From NCBI RefSeq assembly GCF_037042905.1, contig NC_087248.1, positions 17,918,001 to 17,982,000 of the forward strand: DNA of 64,000 bases, given 5' to 3'. A program made the translations under genes and the position numbers. Shown one piece after another: positions 39,478 to 51,933 of this stretch; positions within the stretch are counted from its first letter, which is position 1, and every line of letters starts with the position of its first letter. This DNA is from Lytechinus pictus. Taxonomy: Eukaryota. The notes below the pieces were generated by a model that saw only the letters and a program-made list of their open reading frames with translations, ran no database searches and was not told the origin of the DNA.

Positions 39478-39711
39478 ACCCAAACCTACACCTACCAAGT
39501 CAATCCCAAGTTCGAGGAGTACAGAAACAAAGCCAGTTACGACGTCAGCTACGACGACGAAATCGATGCCGTGATCGAAGACAAGAAGCCCCTTCCCCAG
39601 AACGATCTCGACCTGGAGAAGGAGTTGGTTGGCGAGCTCAGCATGTTCTCTGACTACGATAAGAACTTCGATGAGGATGCGGAACCCGTGGTCGTGAGCA
39701 CGGAACTATGA
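39478..39711 (+). CDS. IgSF receptor 3, terminal coding exon (Tyr-rich, ends -STEL, class I PDZ-binding motif); full protein about 535 aa
   Basis: Long pyrimidine tract then cacgcag|ACC; GC3-rich codons; TGA at 39709-39711. Confidence 0.85.
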   Translation, partial: TQTYTYQVNPKFEEYRNKASYDVSYDDEIDAVIEDKKPLPQNDLDLEKELVGELSMFSDYDKNFDEDAEPVVVSTEL

Positions 39712-42700
39712 TGGCCCGAATGTCCATGCACGCATGCCTCAATCATGAGAACTTAATGAATATTCATGTCGGCGATAAAATAAATATTCATTTATCATAA
39801 AGGCATGGATATTCATACCACGATGGGTATAACATAAATGAATATTTCATATATCAAAATGTGCCTTTCTCCGACAATCAATACGTGTTTTTTCGTCTTT
39901 CAGCTTTATCGCTTTTAATGTGGTAAAATTTTATATCGATTTAACCATGGTTACGCTTTTTAAGCTTGGCAAAAAAAAAATTATCTTCGCTGCGATTCGC
40001 GAACATCTTGAAAATATTCATAGAGGAATTGCCTTCTAGTTTCATAAAAATTCAACCTCTTGGTTTATATCATACGGTATATAAGTTTTTGAACGAAATA
40101 CCAATGAACAATACTGTTAGTCGGTATATGACAAACACACGTACAACTTGTCTAAAAGAGACCAAACAAGGCAAAGATAACAATTTTAGATAAATTAGAC
40201 TATAAGTATGATGTGTAAGATGTAGTTTTTGTCGAAATGAAATATGAACAATCAGGTATAATGAGGGAGTTTCTAGTGTTTATTTTTTTAAATAATTTTA
40301 CTCTTTCAGTCTTTCTCCATTTGCTTTCAAGTTTCCATTTTCTTATGAGCTTTAACTCTTTCATCTTATCATTTGGAATGTTTGAGGTACGTTTTAAATA
40401 TATATGATCAAGGAAAGGCGGAAATAGGTTGTGGCATGTGCGTTTTCATGATATTATGTCTATTGCAATGAATTTTCACAGCAAGGGTATTCTTTTCAAA
40501 ACCATAATCTGGCTTCTAGCTCATAAGCTATTCTTTTAATCGCACTTGTAGAATGTGGGGTAAATGTTTAAATATTTTTCTATCTGTATTCAATGTTGCC
40601 AAATGAATGCATGTTGTTGCTTTAATGTTCTTCGTTCACCCAAAAATGGAGGGAGTGTGGTTTACCTTGCTCTGCATGTTTGTATGTATTCAATATCGTG
40701 CTAAACCCAATCTTTTTGTGAGAATTGAGACTGAATTAATCGAAAGAGGGCGTTTTCCAAACTATTATCATGATGCTGAACTTAATACCCCTCCCCTACA
40801 AAAAAAATCTGAACAATTTTATTTCCATCAGATTTTTGTTTTTTCCTATTTGCAATAACACTGAAGATAAACATGTATTTTCCTCAAAATCGATATTGAT
40901 TATTGTAATATATATCACATGTTGCAGATAAAATGAGAGAGGGATTGCATTATATTTTATCATTAGTTAAATGGTTTTATGTAAATTATGTAAAAGGAAT
41001 AAACTTTAGAGAATGAAGTTGATAGATATAGTTTTAACCATAGAATACCTTCGTATATAGATTCAATTAGTGTAACAAGTAAACTGGGCTTGCATTTGTA
41101 ATTCAGATTATCTAGTGCTACTTCCCTAAATTTTTATTTTAAAATAGGCAGATTAGCTTGTGATTTTAAAGATATTATTTTTATTACTTGTTTGTTTCAG
41201 ATGATACATCAATTTTCGCATTTCCAATTTTAAAAGTATTTTCAAATAGTCCTATTGTCTTATTTGTGATATATTGACTAGTTATGTAGCTTAACACAGA
41301 AATGTATATTATGTATATATACATATGTTCCTTTGTGTGGAGCTTTGTGTGGAGCTTGGGAATGTGTTTTTTTTCCTTCAACCAATTCCTCATGTTTCGA
41401 GATTATGCACAAATTTTATTATAATTGTACGGAAACAGAATAACATTCTTCCAATTGTACTTAAGACAGTCTTTCAATATAATGGTACTATGTGTATTTA
41501 AAAGCCAAAGGATGCCGACTTTTTGAGAAATATATTTTACTTGAAACATTATAAATGAATGTGAAACAGGGTATTGATTTAACTTCATTAAGCAATTTTA
41601 CAGCATCTAAATTACGAGTCATCATCATGACATCAGTGTTGTAAAAACAAATATATTGTTTTGCTCTAGCGTTTTAGTCATTCATGCGATTTTACTCCGA
41701 TGAGTGCACGTCGAAAAGCTTCAGTATGTCCGTTTTTAAGGCTTTTTTATGAAAAAAAAAATAAATGGAATCATGGCATATTCCATATTCAACATCATAC
41801 TGTGATAGAAATAATACAAATACTTCACATTTTATGTCATCCCCCCCTCCCTTCTCATATAAAGACAATGGTATATGCACTTCCACGAGAGTTTTTATCT
41901 TTATTCATGTTCCATTTTTTTTCCAAATGGATACTAGGCACGTATGTCTATCTTTACTATGGCCCTGTAACAAAGTTTAGCGATTGATCGTGGATATATT
42001 TTTACCATTGATTGCATTGATTACTGCACATGATAAATCATAAAACTCAGCCAAAGATGTAATTATTTAAAGGGAATATGCTAACCAAATACGGAACTGC
42101 ATGTAAATGTGAGGGAAATAAAGTGTCTTTCAGTCATTTGAAGCCGACAACATTGTGGCATGTTTGTTGCCATTTTACGTGAAGGAGAATAATGACAAAA
42201 TAATTTTGTACAATTCAACTCAATTTTTGAATGAGTGGCCCCTACAGTTTGATATGAAAAAAATATACTGATAGAAGGAAATTTATTGAAATAGTTGTGA
42301 TATTGTGTACATTGGCATTTGCTTTAGATAAGTAACATTTGATTTGTTCCTTTTTACAGAGATATGCTTAATAAAATTGTTTTTATATCACTGATCTATC
42401 ACCCAAGTCTAATTTGTTGGATCGTAATCTTCATCGTTTTCTGATGTTACACGAATGGTTGCTCCCACCCCCTGTAACTTACTTTCAATGGGAAGTCGAA
42501 TGCTAGTGCCCTTTGGAGAGGATGTTAAGCCATAGTTCCTCTGGGTAGTTACTGAGCATGCATGCTTTCTTAGCAGCAACGGTTGTAAGATGCCACCAGC
42601 AGGAGCAAGTAATTTTCCCTGAAGAGGTTATGGCAAATCCTGTCACCAACTCTTTTGGGAAAATCACGTTCTCTTGTGATTTTGTTTTTCTCCAGACTTG

Positions 42701-42713
42701 AAAAGGGCTAATG

Positions 42714-44716
42714 CAGAGCTGCCAACCTTGTGCAAGCAAAAAAAGGAATCATTATGGCCAAAAAAAGGAATTTCCAACAAAAAAAAGGAATGCGTTAAAA
42801 CGAACCTTAAAACCACACGCGACAAATATCCAATGCAAAAAGTACGTATGCAGTGGACAATTAAAAAAAAAAAATCTCTAGGCCTAGTCTGGGCTAAGTT
42901 ACCGAGTGTCACAAATTGGACCCTTAGTCTTGGGCCTGTTTTGACAAAATCTACCAACTTTAATTAAGTCAGTAGCAGGGCTCGAATTAAGAATTGAGAG
43001 GGGCAAGGCCATTTTTAAAAGGGCACTTTCAGCTTGGGGCAACCGGCAAAGTGGCCTTGGATGCCCCTAAATTTCAAAATGCAACCTACTCAGGCACTTC
43101 CTCATCAGAGTAAAGATCTGTCGAGAAAAAATTCTTTCAGGGGCACCAAAATCAGTTCTGGTGAACATTTTTAGGGCTCCATTTTTCTGGGGCTACCTTT
43201 CCACTTTTAAAATAATATATTGTTTTGTGTTGAGTTTCCTGACAAACTACCACATTGTTTACTAAGAGAAATAAAAAAAAGTTCACATCAATTCAGACTG
43301 CTCTTCCCAAGTAACATTGTTTTTGCCAAACAGTACCCTTTAAAAAAGTGTCATAAAATGGAAGTACATGTAACGGTTCCCCCATGTAACATTCCACAAA
43401 TATAAAAAATTATTCATAAATCAATCTAATCTAAAATTCAAATAGATCTAGAAGTTGAAATCATTCCACAAAAGTCCCATCGTAGATCACTTCACGATGT
43501 GCACAGCTCAGCCTCAATCACACTGCACGCACACTCAATCATCCCCAGCAGTGACAGCACTATAGAGCAGACATCTAGGCCGCCAGAACCGGGGAAGAAA
43601 TCTTCCCATTCCTGCTAAACTGAATGCTACATTGCCGACTTTTTTAAAGAATTCCAAAAGCAGTAGGACATCTCTCTAGTATAAATCATGTGAAACTATC
43701 AATAAATGTTGAATATCACCCAGAATTAGTACTTCAGGGGACAATGAAGAGCTTTCCAGGTCTTTTCAAAGCCGAATTTATCGTATTTGTTTGATACGAG
43801 TTGATGAAAATTAAGCAGACAGTACCATTATCCGAAGGGAATTTATGTTAATCATTTCAAGAAAATAGCCTCAAAATTTCATTTCTTTATCACCACAATT
43901 AATTTAAAAGTATATGAAAAATATTTTTAGATGATTTCATCTTTAATATATATGATGAGTATTTTTGTAAAATTTTGCAAATGGAATAATAATTTCCCTC
44001 AAACCTCCAAATCCCCCTCCATTATAAAATGGACTCTTCTCTTACTACATTTGGGGAATTACCCTACCCAATTCATCGTACTCCTCGCTTTACGCTGCAG
44101 AACGAACGTTGACTCCACTCCAAGAGTGTTGGCCCGTGCGTAAAGACAACGTATTAGCAGTAGCGTTAGATCTATCATTCGGCGGAAATCCGATTTTCAG
44201 ATCGTTTTTTTGTACATAAAACATCACTTTATAGGAAAGAAATTACATGCAAATTTAAGATAAGATATATAAAATTCAGAAATATCGTACCTTAGACCGC
44301 AGTTACAGCTATTTCCTTTCAAATGATGATCAAAACATAATCATCCTCGATCCTTTCGTTGGTCATCGTAAGTTGCCATCTTGGATGACATCATCATCCT
44401 CACAGACGTATTTACCAGTCGCTATACATCGCGATTCGTGCCATGCATGCCGCTCGCATGTTCAACAACAAACGTATATGTACGCGCGCGCTATCAAATT
44501 ATTAAAGTGCGTTGGAAAACCGGCCGGCGGGCGACTACGCACGCGCAAGTACCAGGCTCATCTCGGGCTCAACACGCACTATACACATACATACAATTAT
44601 GTACACACATTATCAAAATTGTCAAAAAACGTAATTTGAAAAGAAAAACCATAATGCCGTAATTTGAATGAAAAAACGTAATGATTACGGCAAAAACGTA
44701 ATGGTTGGCAGCTCTG
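42714..44716. mobile_element. 2-kb non-autonomous DNA transposon with perfect TIRs and TSD (hAT/P-like ends)
   Basis: CAGAGCTGCCAACC ... GGTTGGCAGCTCTG. Flanking duplication CTAATG (or GCTAATGC if the TIR starts at AG). Subterminal repeats (aaaaaaaggaat)n on the left and (aaaaacgtaat)n on the right. Confidence 0.88.
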
Positions 44717-47197
44717 CTAATGCTTTTGCGCATGTGTGTGTACTTGGTCTCTCGCTGGACCTTTCTATAGACAATGCATGCATAGACTGTTACATATTCG
44801 TACATGCGCATAAAAGGAATGATTCATTTTCAGATCTACACACATATTCAAATGGTACTCCAGGCTGAAAAAACAATCACCTCTATTCGTTGAATAATAA
44901 TAAAGATAAGGCATGAATGTGCAATGAGCAAGCTGATGATGTCATCAACCTGCTTTTTCATTTGGGTTCTCCTGATATCAAATTATTATAATTATTCAAA
45001 ATGCTCCTAGAATGCAAGCATATGATGTAACTTCTGAAGGTTTAGAATCTGTAGAATATGATTAATGAATGAGAGAGAGGGAGAGAGACCAGCAATGCTC
45101 TAACTCATTTTATAACAGAAATATTGTCATAAAAAATCATGAGATTAAAACAGAGGAAATGAAACCACGAGCTCACTCATTAAATTTTCATGATGAAAAA
45201 CATGGAACTGCTCTGAAATATTGTAAAACTTGAAAATTCCCTCTGATTTTGCCTGTTTGACTCCATTTTAAAATAATATTTTTAGCCTATTAGTACCCTG
45301 ATACTGGACACAATAAAGAAATGAAACTGCAAATGTTTTTCTTTTCTACAAAACTTGCAAGAAGGTTATATTTCTACTCACTGACAAACTTCAAGCAATA
45401 CTTGACTTTATTGTACACAATGTACAATGTTTACACACATTTATTCATCAAATTGAATAGCTGATCATACAATTTTGGCAGTTCATTATTAAAAAAAAAT
45501 TAATCCACATTATTCTTATTAGTTGAAAATGATGAAATTAAATCAATTTTGCATAAAGTAAACATTCACTAAGTACACAATGATAGCTTTTGTATTTTTC
45601 TTTGTTGTGTTTTTTGTCCCACGATCGACACAGGGTCTATATGAGCAATAACACTGCAGCTTTTGAGAATACTTTTCAATTGAAATCGAAAATTTTTTGG
45701 CATAATATATGTGGCTTTGTTATTGTAGAACAAATAGAACGCCTCTGACAGTCTTGCCTGCATAAGGCAGTTCAATAAAGCAGCAATGCAGACAATTAAA
45801 TAAGAGAAAAATATCAATTCATAATGAAATCTTACGTTTGTTGACCTCATAATGACCTTACACACCTGGACTTTTAAACATTTCATTCATTTCATATCAT
45901 TTGTGATATTCAATTAACAATCTCATAAATTTCATTTCATTTGATTTAATATCTTTTTGAAACAATGATCAAAATATTAATTCTCATTTAAGTTTATTGT
46001 AAATAGTCCGAAATAACCTTTGACCTTGACCAAATGCAAAATGGAATCCAAGTACTGTAGTTCAAAGAATACCTTGTTATGAGGAGAGAAACATCCGCAA
46101 ATCTCTTTATGAGCAAACCTATTAAGTAACATAATGTGTAAAGGCCATGCAAAAAAAAAAATGAATATGCAATGTAATCATAAAAAAAATAAAATGGTAA
46201 GAATTCATTCAAGCATAAAAATGCAGCATATCCTTAGCCTATAAATAATGAACATTTCTAAAAACTAGTGACATGGTTGATGTCAAAATGTCAGAGTTTA
46301 CACTCTTTTGGCAAGACCAAAAATAACACAATGCAGAGGGGAAAGTATAAGCAAAGAATTCCAAGAGGAGGAAAATCTAAAATTATCAAGTGATAAGTAT
46401 AGAAAGAAGTTGATCAATCAAATATGTAAAATTTAAATGGATTTAAATTCAACTTCAAATTCAATATTATTCCAACAGATTCCCAACTGCACAGCTGAAA
46501 TTTATGCATCCGCTATTACCAGATCAAGAATGTGTTACAAACCTTAATGCTAAAATGTTGAATGATGACCTTTTTGTTGATTACATGTGTGGGGATACAA
46601 GTAGTTTGTTACATGATTTACCAATTCTCATGTCAGAGCGCGAAGCCTAGCGTAGCATTGTTAATTCATTCTGGGATGAGTCCACTTTGAGGTGTAGTGT
46701 AGATGACCTCTGTGACCTTTGCCTAGTGACCTTGTGGCCCTAAAATCTAATGAGATCATTTTCATTCACATAGGCATACATGAGCCACGTTTGCTAGTAA
46801 TAACCCCAAAAGTCAATCCGTTATTACAAGAAAGAGATATTCTCAGGTATATAACTGAATCACTCCCATAAATGAGCAGAGTTTGAAGTATAAACCCTCA
46901 AACAATTCTTTAGTTATCATTCAATGTATATAATGCCCTAGAGCTCTGACCTCGTGGCCCAGATTATCGTCATTCTCATATGCTTGCATTACATGAGCCA
47001 AGTTTGAAGTTGAACCCTTGAATGGTTCTTTAATTGTGGCAATAACAAGAATGAGAACGGGATGGATGGAAGGAAGGACAATCTGTAATGCCTCTGGGAA
47101 CCACCTATGGTTGGCAGAAGAAGAAGAAATATGTTGTATTGCTGTCATGCTATGTAGCAACTTAACACTTGGGATGAGCTAATCTTCAAAGGAAGTC

Positions 47198-47623
47198 TTA
47201 GGAACATGAAAGAGTTGGAAGATCGATGTAGGAGTAGCTGGAACTGATGACCTGGGTCTCCACAGGGGCATGATCCGGGAACGCAGTTACAATGTTTTGG
47301 TTGACCGGTGGTGGACGGTGTGTCAGGTGTGACAGCACTGGATGTTGCGATAGATGAGTTGCTTGTCCGGGTTGGTGTGGTGGAGCAGCCGGTTGCCTGG
47401 CTCCCTGCTGTTGTTGCTGCTGCTGTGGTGGCTGTGGTTGATGTTGCTGGTGTTGATGGCGGGGTTGTGGTGCGGGCGGCGGTGGCAGCGGTGGTGGTAA
47501 TCTTAGGGGTGGTTGATGATGCTGCTGCTGCTGTTGTTGGTGTTGTGGCTGACTGGGTGGTACTAATTGTTGCCCGGATTGCTGATGTTGGTTTGGTGGC
47601 GAGTCTTGTTGCTGACCCTGAGT
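47198..47623 (-). CDS. GIN-like gene, terminal coding exon 6 (Gln/Pro/His-rich low-complexity tail)
   Basis: Acceptor cacttcctttaccag|ACT is in phase 0 with the preceding exon; open to TAA at 47198. Confidence 0.75.
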   Translation of the reverse strand, partial: TQGQQQDSPPNQHQQSGQQLVPPSQPQHQQQQQQHHQPPLRLPPPLPPPPAPQPRHQHQQHQPQPPQQQQQQQGARQPAAPPHQPGQATHLSQHPVLSHLTHRPPPVNQNIVTAFPDHAPVETQVISSSYSYIDLPTLSCS

Positions 47624-48480
47624 CTGGTAAAGGAAGTGGTAGAGCAATAAATTAACTACGTGCCTTAGGCTTAGCTACATTTAATACAAGTATCATCAGC
47701 TCGAACTGAACTGATCCAAAGTACAAGGGCTCATTTCAAAAAGAGTTGCAATCATAACCAACTCCAAAAATCAACGTACCAATCACAAGCACACATTCTT
47801 TTTTTGAGCTGTGTTTAAATGCAACCCTTTCTGCTATAGGCCTCTGGTTCTTAAGAATTCACCCACTTCACTCATACAACATTCAAACCACTAATTATGA
47901 CGCAAAGGATCATTTCCATTCACTGGTTAAGATCAAATGGCTATAGCAATTCAGCTCAATTTCACACCTCATTTTCTATTTTTTTGTAAAAAAAAATTAT
48001 TGAAGACCCTTATTTAGTGATTAATGATTTGAAATGAAATTCTCCCTTCATATACCAAGTTAATCTTAAGATCATGTAAATTTGAAGCAGGGTTACACAA
48101 CAATGCATATTGGATTATTGCCAGTTATAATACAATGATCTGACCTGATGTTTTATGCACAATATAAAAGAGTGATATCATAGCATAAGTTCTATTAACA
48201 GTATTGAACATTTGATATTAATAACTAAATGCGAACGGAATGGTGACAAACGACAGGCCATATCTCACTATTTCCTGTAAAAATCAGTAACTTGATCTCA
48301 TTTTAAATCCAATATTGATGGAATCCACATTCTCGTCGTCCAGCTTTTACAAATTTACCTCAAAAATCAAAATCACCATGATGGAGGTTTTGATTTGGCT
48401 TTTAATGAGGACAATATGGGTCCCCCAGGTGATAAACTTGAAACCATTCTACAAAGAAGATGAATATTTTATATACTTAC

Positions 48481-48661
48481 TGTACAAGTTGAATTGTTGG
48501 TTTCGTCGCCTCGCTTTATCCTCCTATGATGACGCAATCTTGCGTTGCCAAGGATACGCCTCGCGTCTTTGAGCAGAGTCCGCTTCCTTTCACCGGCCTC
48601 TTGGACGTGATCTTCGTATGTCTCACAGTTCTGATCTGTGTTGTTTGGATCATACGGTGCT
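48481..48661 (-). CDS. GIN-like gene, coding exon 5 (basic helical region)
   Basis: Acceptor ctacaaacag|A (phase 2) and donor ACA|gtaagt. Open frame RAPYDPNN...ERKRTLLKDARRILGNARLRHHRRIKR; not in the ORF track. Confidence 0.8.
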
Positions 48662-48824
48662 CTGTTTGTAGCAAAATTAAAAACAAGAAAACTTGCATAA
48701 CTTGACCTTTGTAATTTGAAAATTTGCCCAAATCATGGGGTCAAATACATGAGAAATGCTAAGCTATGAATGCACGTACTGTATTATGGTACTTTCCATT
48801 ACAGAGTATGCATTTTATGCTGTA

Positions 48825-49136
48825 TTAAAGGTATTGTTTAACTTTGTGAGCAGCCGATTTAAAAAATTCTCAAACCAAGATAAAACATGTGTACAAGTGC
48901 ATATATTAGAACTAATAAACCCTGAAAACAACCATTATTGAGAATGAAAAGCTAAACCTACAAGGCAAACCCCGATTTTGTAAATAGGCGTCTTATAGAC
49001 GCCTAATATTTCAATTTTTGAAGCACTAAATAATTATTTTCGAACCAATTTTTTCTGGGCTTCATTTTTGTAACATATCACAGACACAGGTGACAAAATT
49101 TTTAAAAGTCAAACCAATGTTAACCAATCACTTTAA
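48825..49136. mobile_element. TTAA-flanked Kolobok/T2-like MITE (intronic)
   Basis: TTAA|aggtattgtttaac ... gttaaccaatcact|TTAA. Confidence 0.7.
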
Positions 49137-49933
49137 GCCAAGCTGGAGTAAAGAGTTACCTAAAGCTTACAGGAGTATCTATTCCTTGGAATGCTTGTGC
49201 GCCGTGGGATGACCTACTGGGTAAAAGCTTGGGTAATAATGACAGCAGTGCCTTGAGCACTCTGACGAGTGGATATCTGTGCTAGATGAGCTTCACTATA
49301 TACGTGTATTTCTACATCTCATTGCAAGTTTAAATGTATACAATAAGTAGCCCTGCATTATATGCTTTTATGTAATATACAAAATATGATATTCCTCAAA
49401 CAATCAATTTTTGTTCATGACGAAAAACCTCCATTTGAGAACACTATACCCCAGTTTCCCTTGCAATAAATTCTCTTCTCCAAGTACGACAAACCCTACT
49501 GCCCCAAGCATGCAATGTAAGTATCAAAACACCTGTTTCTTGACCTCGGTCCGAAGATAACACAACAGCCCGGCATATACAGTCACAGCAGGGGGCCACA
49601 CACGATGGGATGCATGCGCAGCGCTGAGTGCGGACGACCCGGTATAAGCATGCCGTCATTTCTATTCGCTTACTTTCCTTATTTCGAGGTCAATTTTCTT
49701 CGTTCGAAATTAAAAATGGACTTAACATTGAATTTCTGAATACAATATGCCTTTGAAAACGTGATTAAATATCAAATACAATAATTTCATTCAGAAGGTC
49801 CTACTACAGGCAGAGAAGTCTTACGTAATAGCACAGCTGTTGTTTATCATTTCGTCCTTGGCTCAACGCTCATAATCTGGCCTGTGGAGGTGAAATTGAG
49901 ACAGCGGGGATTACCTGGCCAAGCGGGGTTGAT

Positions 49934-50075
49934 CAGGCGGGTGTTTCATAAAGCTGTTCGTAAGTTAAGAGCGTGATCCTGTCTTGCGGTAAATGGTACA
50001 CACCATTGGCGATAATCACCAGTCGCTCTTAAAGTCGCTCTTAACTTACGAACAGCTTTATGAAACGGCCCCCTG
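49934..50075. mobile_element. Short hairpin MITE (intronic)
   Basis: gtttcataaagctgttcgtaagttaagagcg / cgctcttaacttacgaacagctttatgaaac is a perfect inverted repeat. Confidence 0.88.
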
Positions 50076-50183
50076 GGCTTGGAAATGATGTTTTAGATTT
50101 TCAAATGCAAATGGGGTGAAATACCGCAGTTTGCAATCTGAACTGCGGTACGTTCTCAAACGGGGGTTTGACGTAATGTTTAC

Positions 50184-50474
50184 CTGTTAAACATGAGCTG
50201 GAACGGTGTGTAACCCATGATAGGGTGCTTGGTTGTTCTATACTGGTACATGGCCCAGTCTATGTGCTGGTCCCAATCATCTACATGGTTCCGCGTCAGG
50301 GCGAAGAGGGTCTCCATCACCGAGTTGCAGTAGGGTTCGTCCAGGGTGACGTCCTCTGGTTTGTCTGCGGCGTGGAATGTCTGGTTGGTCCGGCTTATGG
50401 AGGAGAAGTCCTCCTGGATCTCCTGGACGAAGTCGGAAGGCTCATCGTAGAACGTAAGCCGTACCCACCCTAGC
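50184..50474 (-). CDS. GIN-like gene, coding exon 4 (second half of integrase core)
   Basis: Acceptor aaaatgcag|G and donor AACAG|gtaaac (phase 2/2). WDQHIDWAMYQYRTTKHPIMGYTPFQLMFNR matches the Gypsy/GIN integrase WD..L....AY....H..TG.TPF.LMFGR motif. Confidence 0.9.
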
Positions 50475-51107
50475 CTGCATTTTGAAATATTGATAAATTG
50501 AAACATTGAAGTCATTGTACATTACTACAAATAACAGTGTATTCATTTAAGTTAGTCTACTGTTAGCAGACGGCCTATCTCTCAACACCATCATGGCTAA
50601 ACCCACTTGGTCTAATATTGATTTGGTCTATATGCCACTTGGTCCATTCTCCATATGGGCAAACTCTGATTAGTCTAATCTCATGCCAAGATGGTCCAAA
50701 GACTAATCCTCATTATACTTACTCCTTCACACTTTGCCAAATGAAACGTTGGTTACTAATCAGCTCATCTAATCATATCTATAGACTATTGATTATTAGA
50801 CCAAGTGGCTATTAGACGAAATGTGAATAACCTAACTGGAAATTACACAAAAAGGTAAAATTGTGTCGAGTAATCACAAATTACTTCACATGGGAGTATT
50901 ATATTGTGGAGTAACAATAAAGCATTCAGCTCCTGCCATTCCTTTCTTTGTTTTGAAGTTCAATTATTTGAGCCATTTCATATAAACTGTACACAAAATT
51001 TATACAACGAAATGAAATTTCCATGGCATTGCTTACTGCATTTACAGATAATAGAACTGCCAAATTAATAACTATTTTTAAAGATTGGCAGTCACATAAC
51101 CACATAC

Positions 51108-51265
51108 CTTGTCATCACAGAGTAGAGAAACCGAGCTATGAGGAGAGACGATGCATAAGGTAGGGGCATAGCTTCCGACCACTTGGTGAAGTAATCCCAT
51201 ATAACAAGCAAGAATTTGTTGTCTCTCACCGTCCGCTCAAACGGCCCTAGGATGGCGACCCCTGC
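51108..51265 (-). CDS. GIN-like gene, coding exon 3 (first half of rve integrase core)
   Basis: Acceptor ttttctacag|GCA and donor AAG|gtatgt. AGVAILGPF...NKFLLVIWDYFTKWSEAMPL. Confidence 0.9.
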
Positions 51266-51727
51266 CTGTAGAAAAACAGGAGAAAGAGCACTTATGAGAT
51301 TACTCTTCATTCATTAAAATAGGGTATTTGTGTAGCGCACATTCCCACCTTCGTATGTGCTCAAGCTGCTCCTATATCCCTGAAAAAGACTACTAGTATA
51401 ATAACATGAGCTTGTTTATTTATTAAAAACAGTAGCACAAAATTTTAATTGTAATACATGTAAATAATACTCATAATTATAATATAAAAAAACTTTTATA
51501 GGCTCCACTGTTTTCACACTGCATATTTCTCAAGATGCTGATTCGATTATAACCCAGACTTTTGATATAAAGGGGCGCAAATAGCAAGTTTGACAATAGA
51601 AGGGTGCAGATGGCAATTTTCTTAGATTTAGCTGCATTAATAGGGCAATTCTCAAAATATAAGGGGGGATGGGCATCCCTTGTGTCCCCACCCCCTGAAT
51701 CCCCCACTGGATATCCTGTTCAAATAC

Positions 51728-51933
51728 CTGTTTCCAGACCCCTGAACCATACTGGACCCTTCCCGTCTTTGGTGGACACCATCCAACCGACGTATTCTCC
51801 TTGGTTCTAGGAGCCGAGTTGGATTGACAAACAGCGCAATTCCGCACAAAATTGATGCAATCTTGCCCAACTGTCTGCCAGTAGTACTGCTCTGTGACTC
51901 TTTTGTGAGTGACATCACGGCCTAGATGGTGAC
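51728..51933 (-). CDS. GIN-like gene, coding exon 2 (HHCC integrase zinc finger)
   Basis: Acceptor tccattccag|GT (phase 1) and donor CAG|gtattt. HHLGRDVTHKRVTEQYYWQTVGQDCINFVRNCAVCQ. Confidence 0.9.

Noticed and set aside
42740-42795. CRISPR-like short repeats
   Set aside because: Eukaryotic context; these are subterminal repeats of a DNA transposon without unique spacers of regular length.
42503-44811. Minus-strand ORF that becomes continuous (..RKSIS|PFQVWRK..) if the 2-kb element is removed
   Set aside because: No recognisable domain. The + strand (gccctttggagaggatgttaagcc) looks like a Deu-type SINE body, so the target is more likely an old repeat.
1125-47655. Antisense or alternate-frame ORFs overlapping the real exons (e.g. 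1125-1451, 6734-7048, 25234-25575, 30715-31122, 36265-36732, 47308-47655)
   Set aside because: Shadow ORFs expected from GC3-rich coding sequence; no independent motifs.
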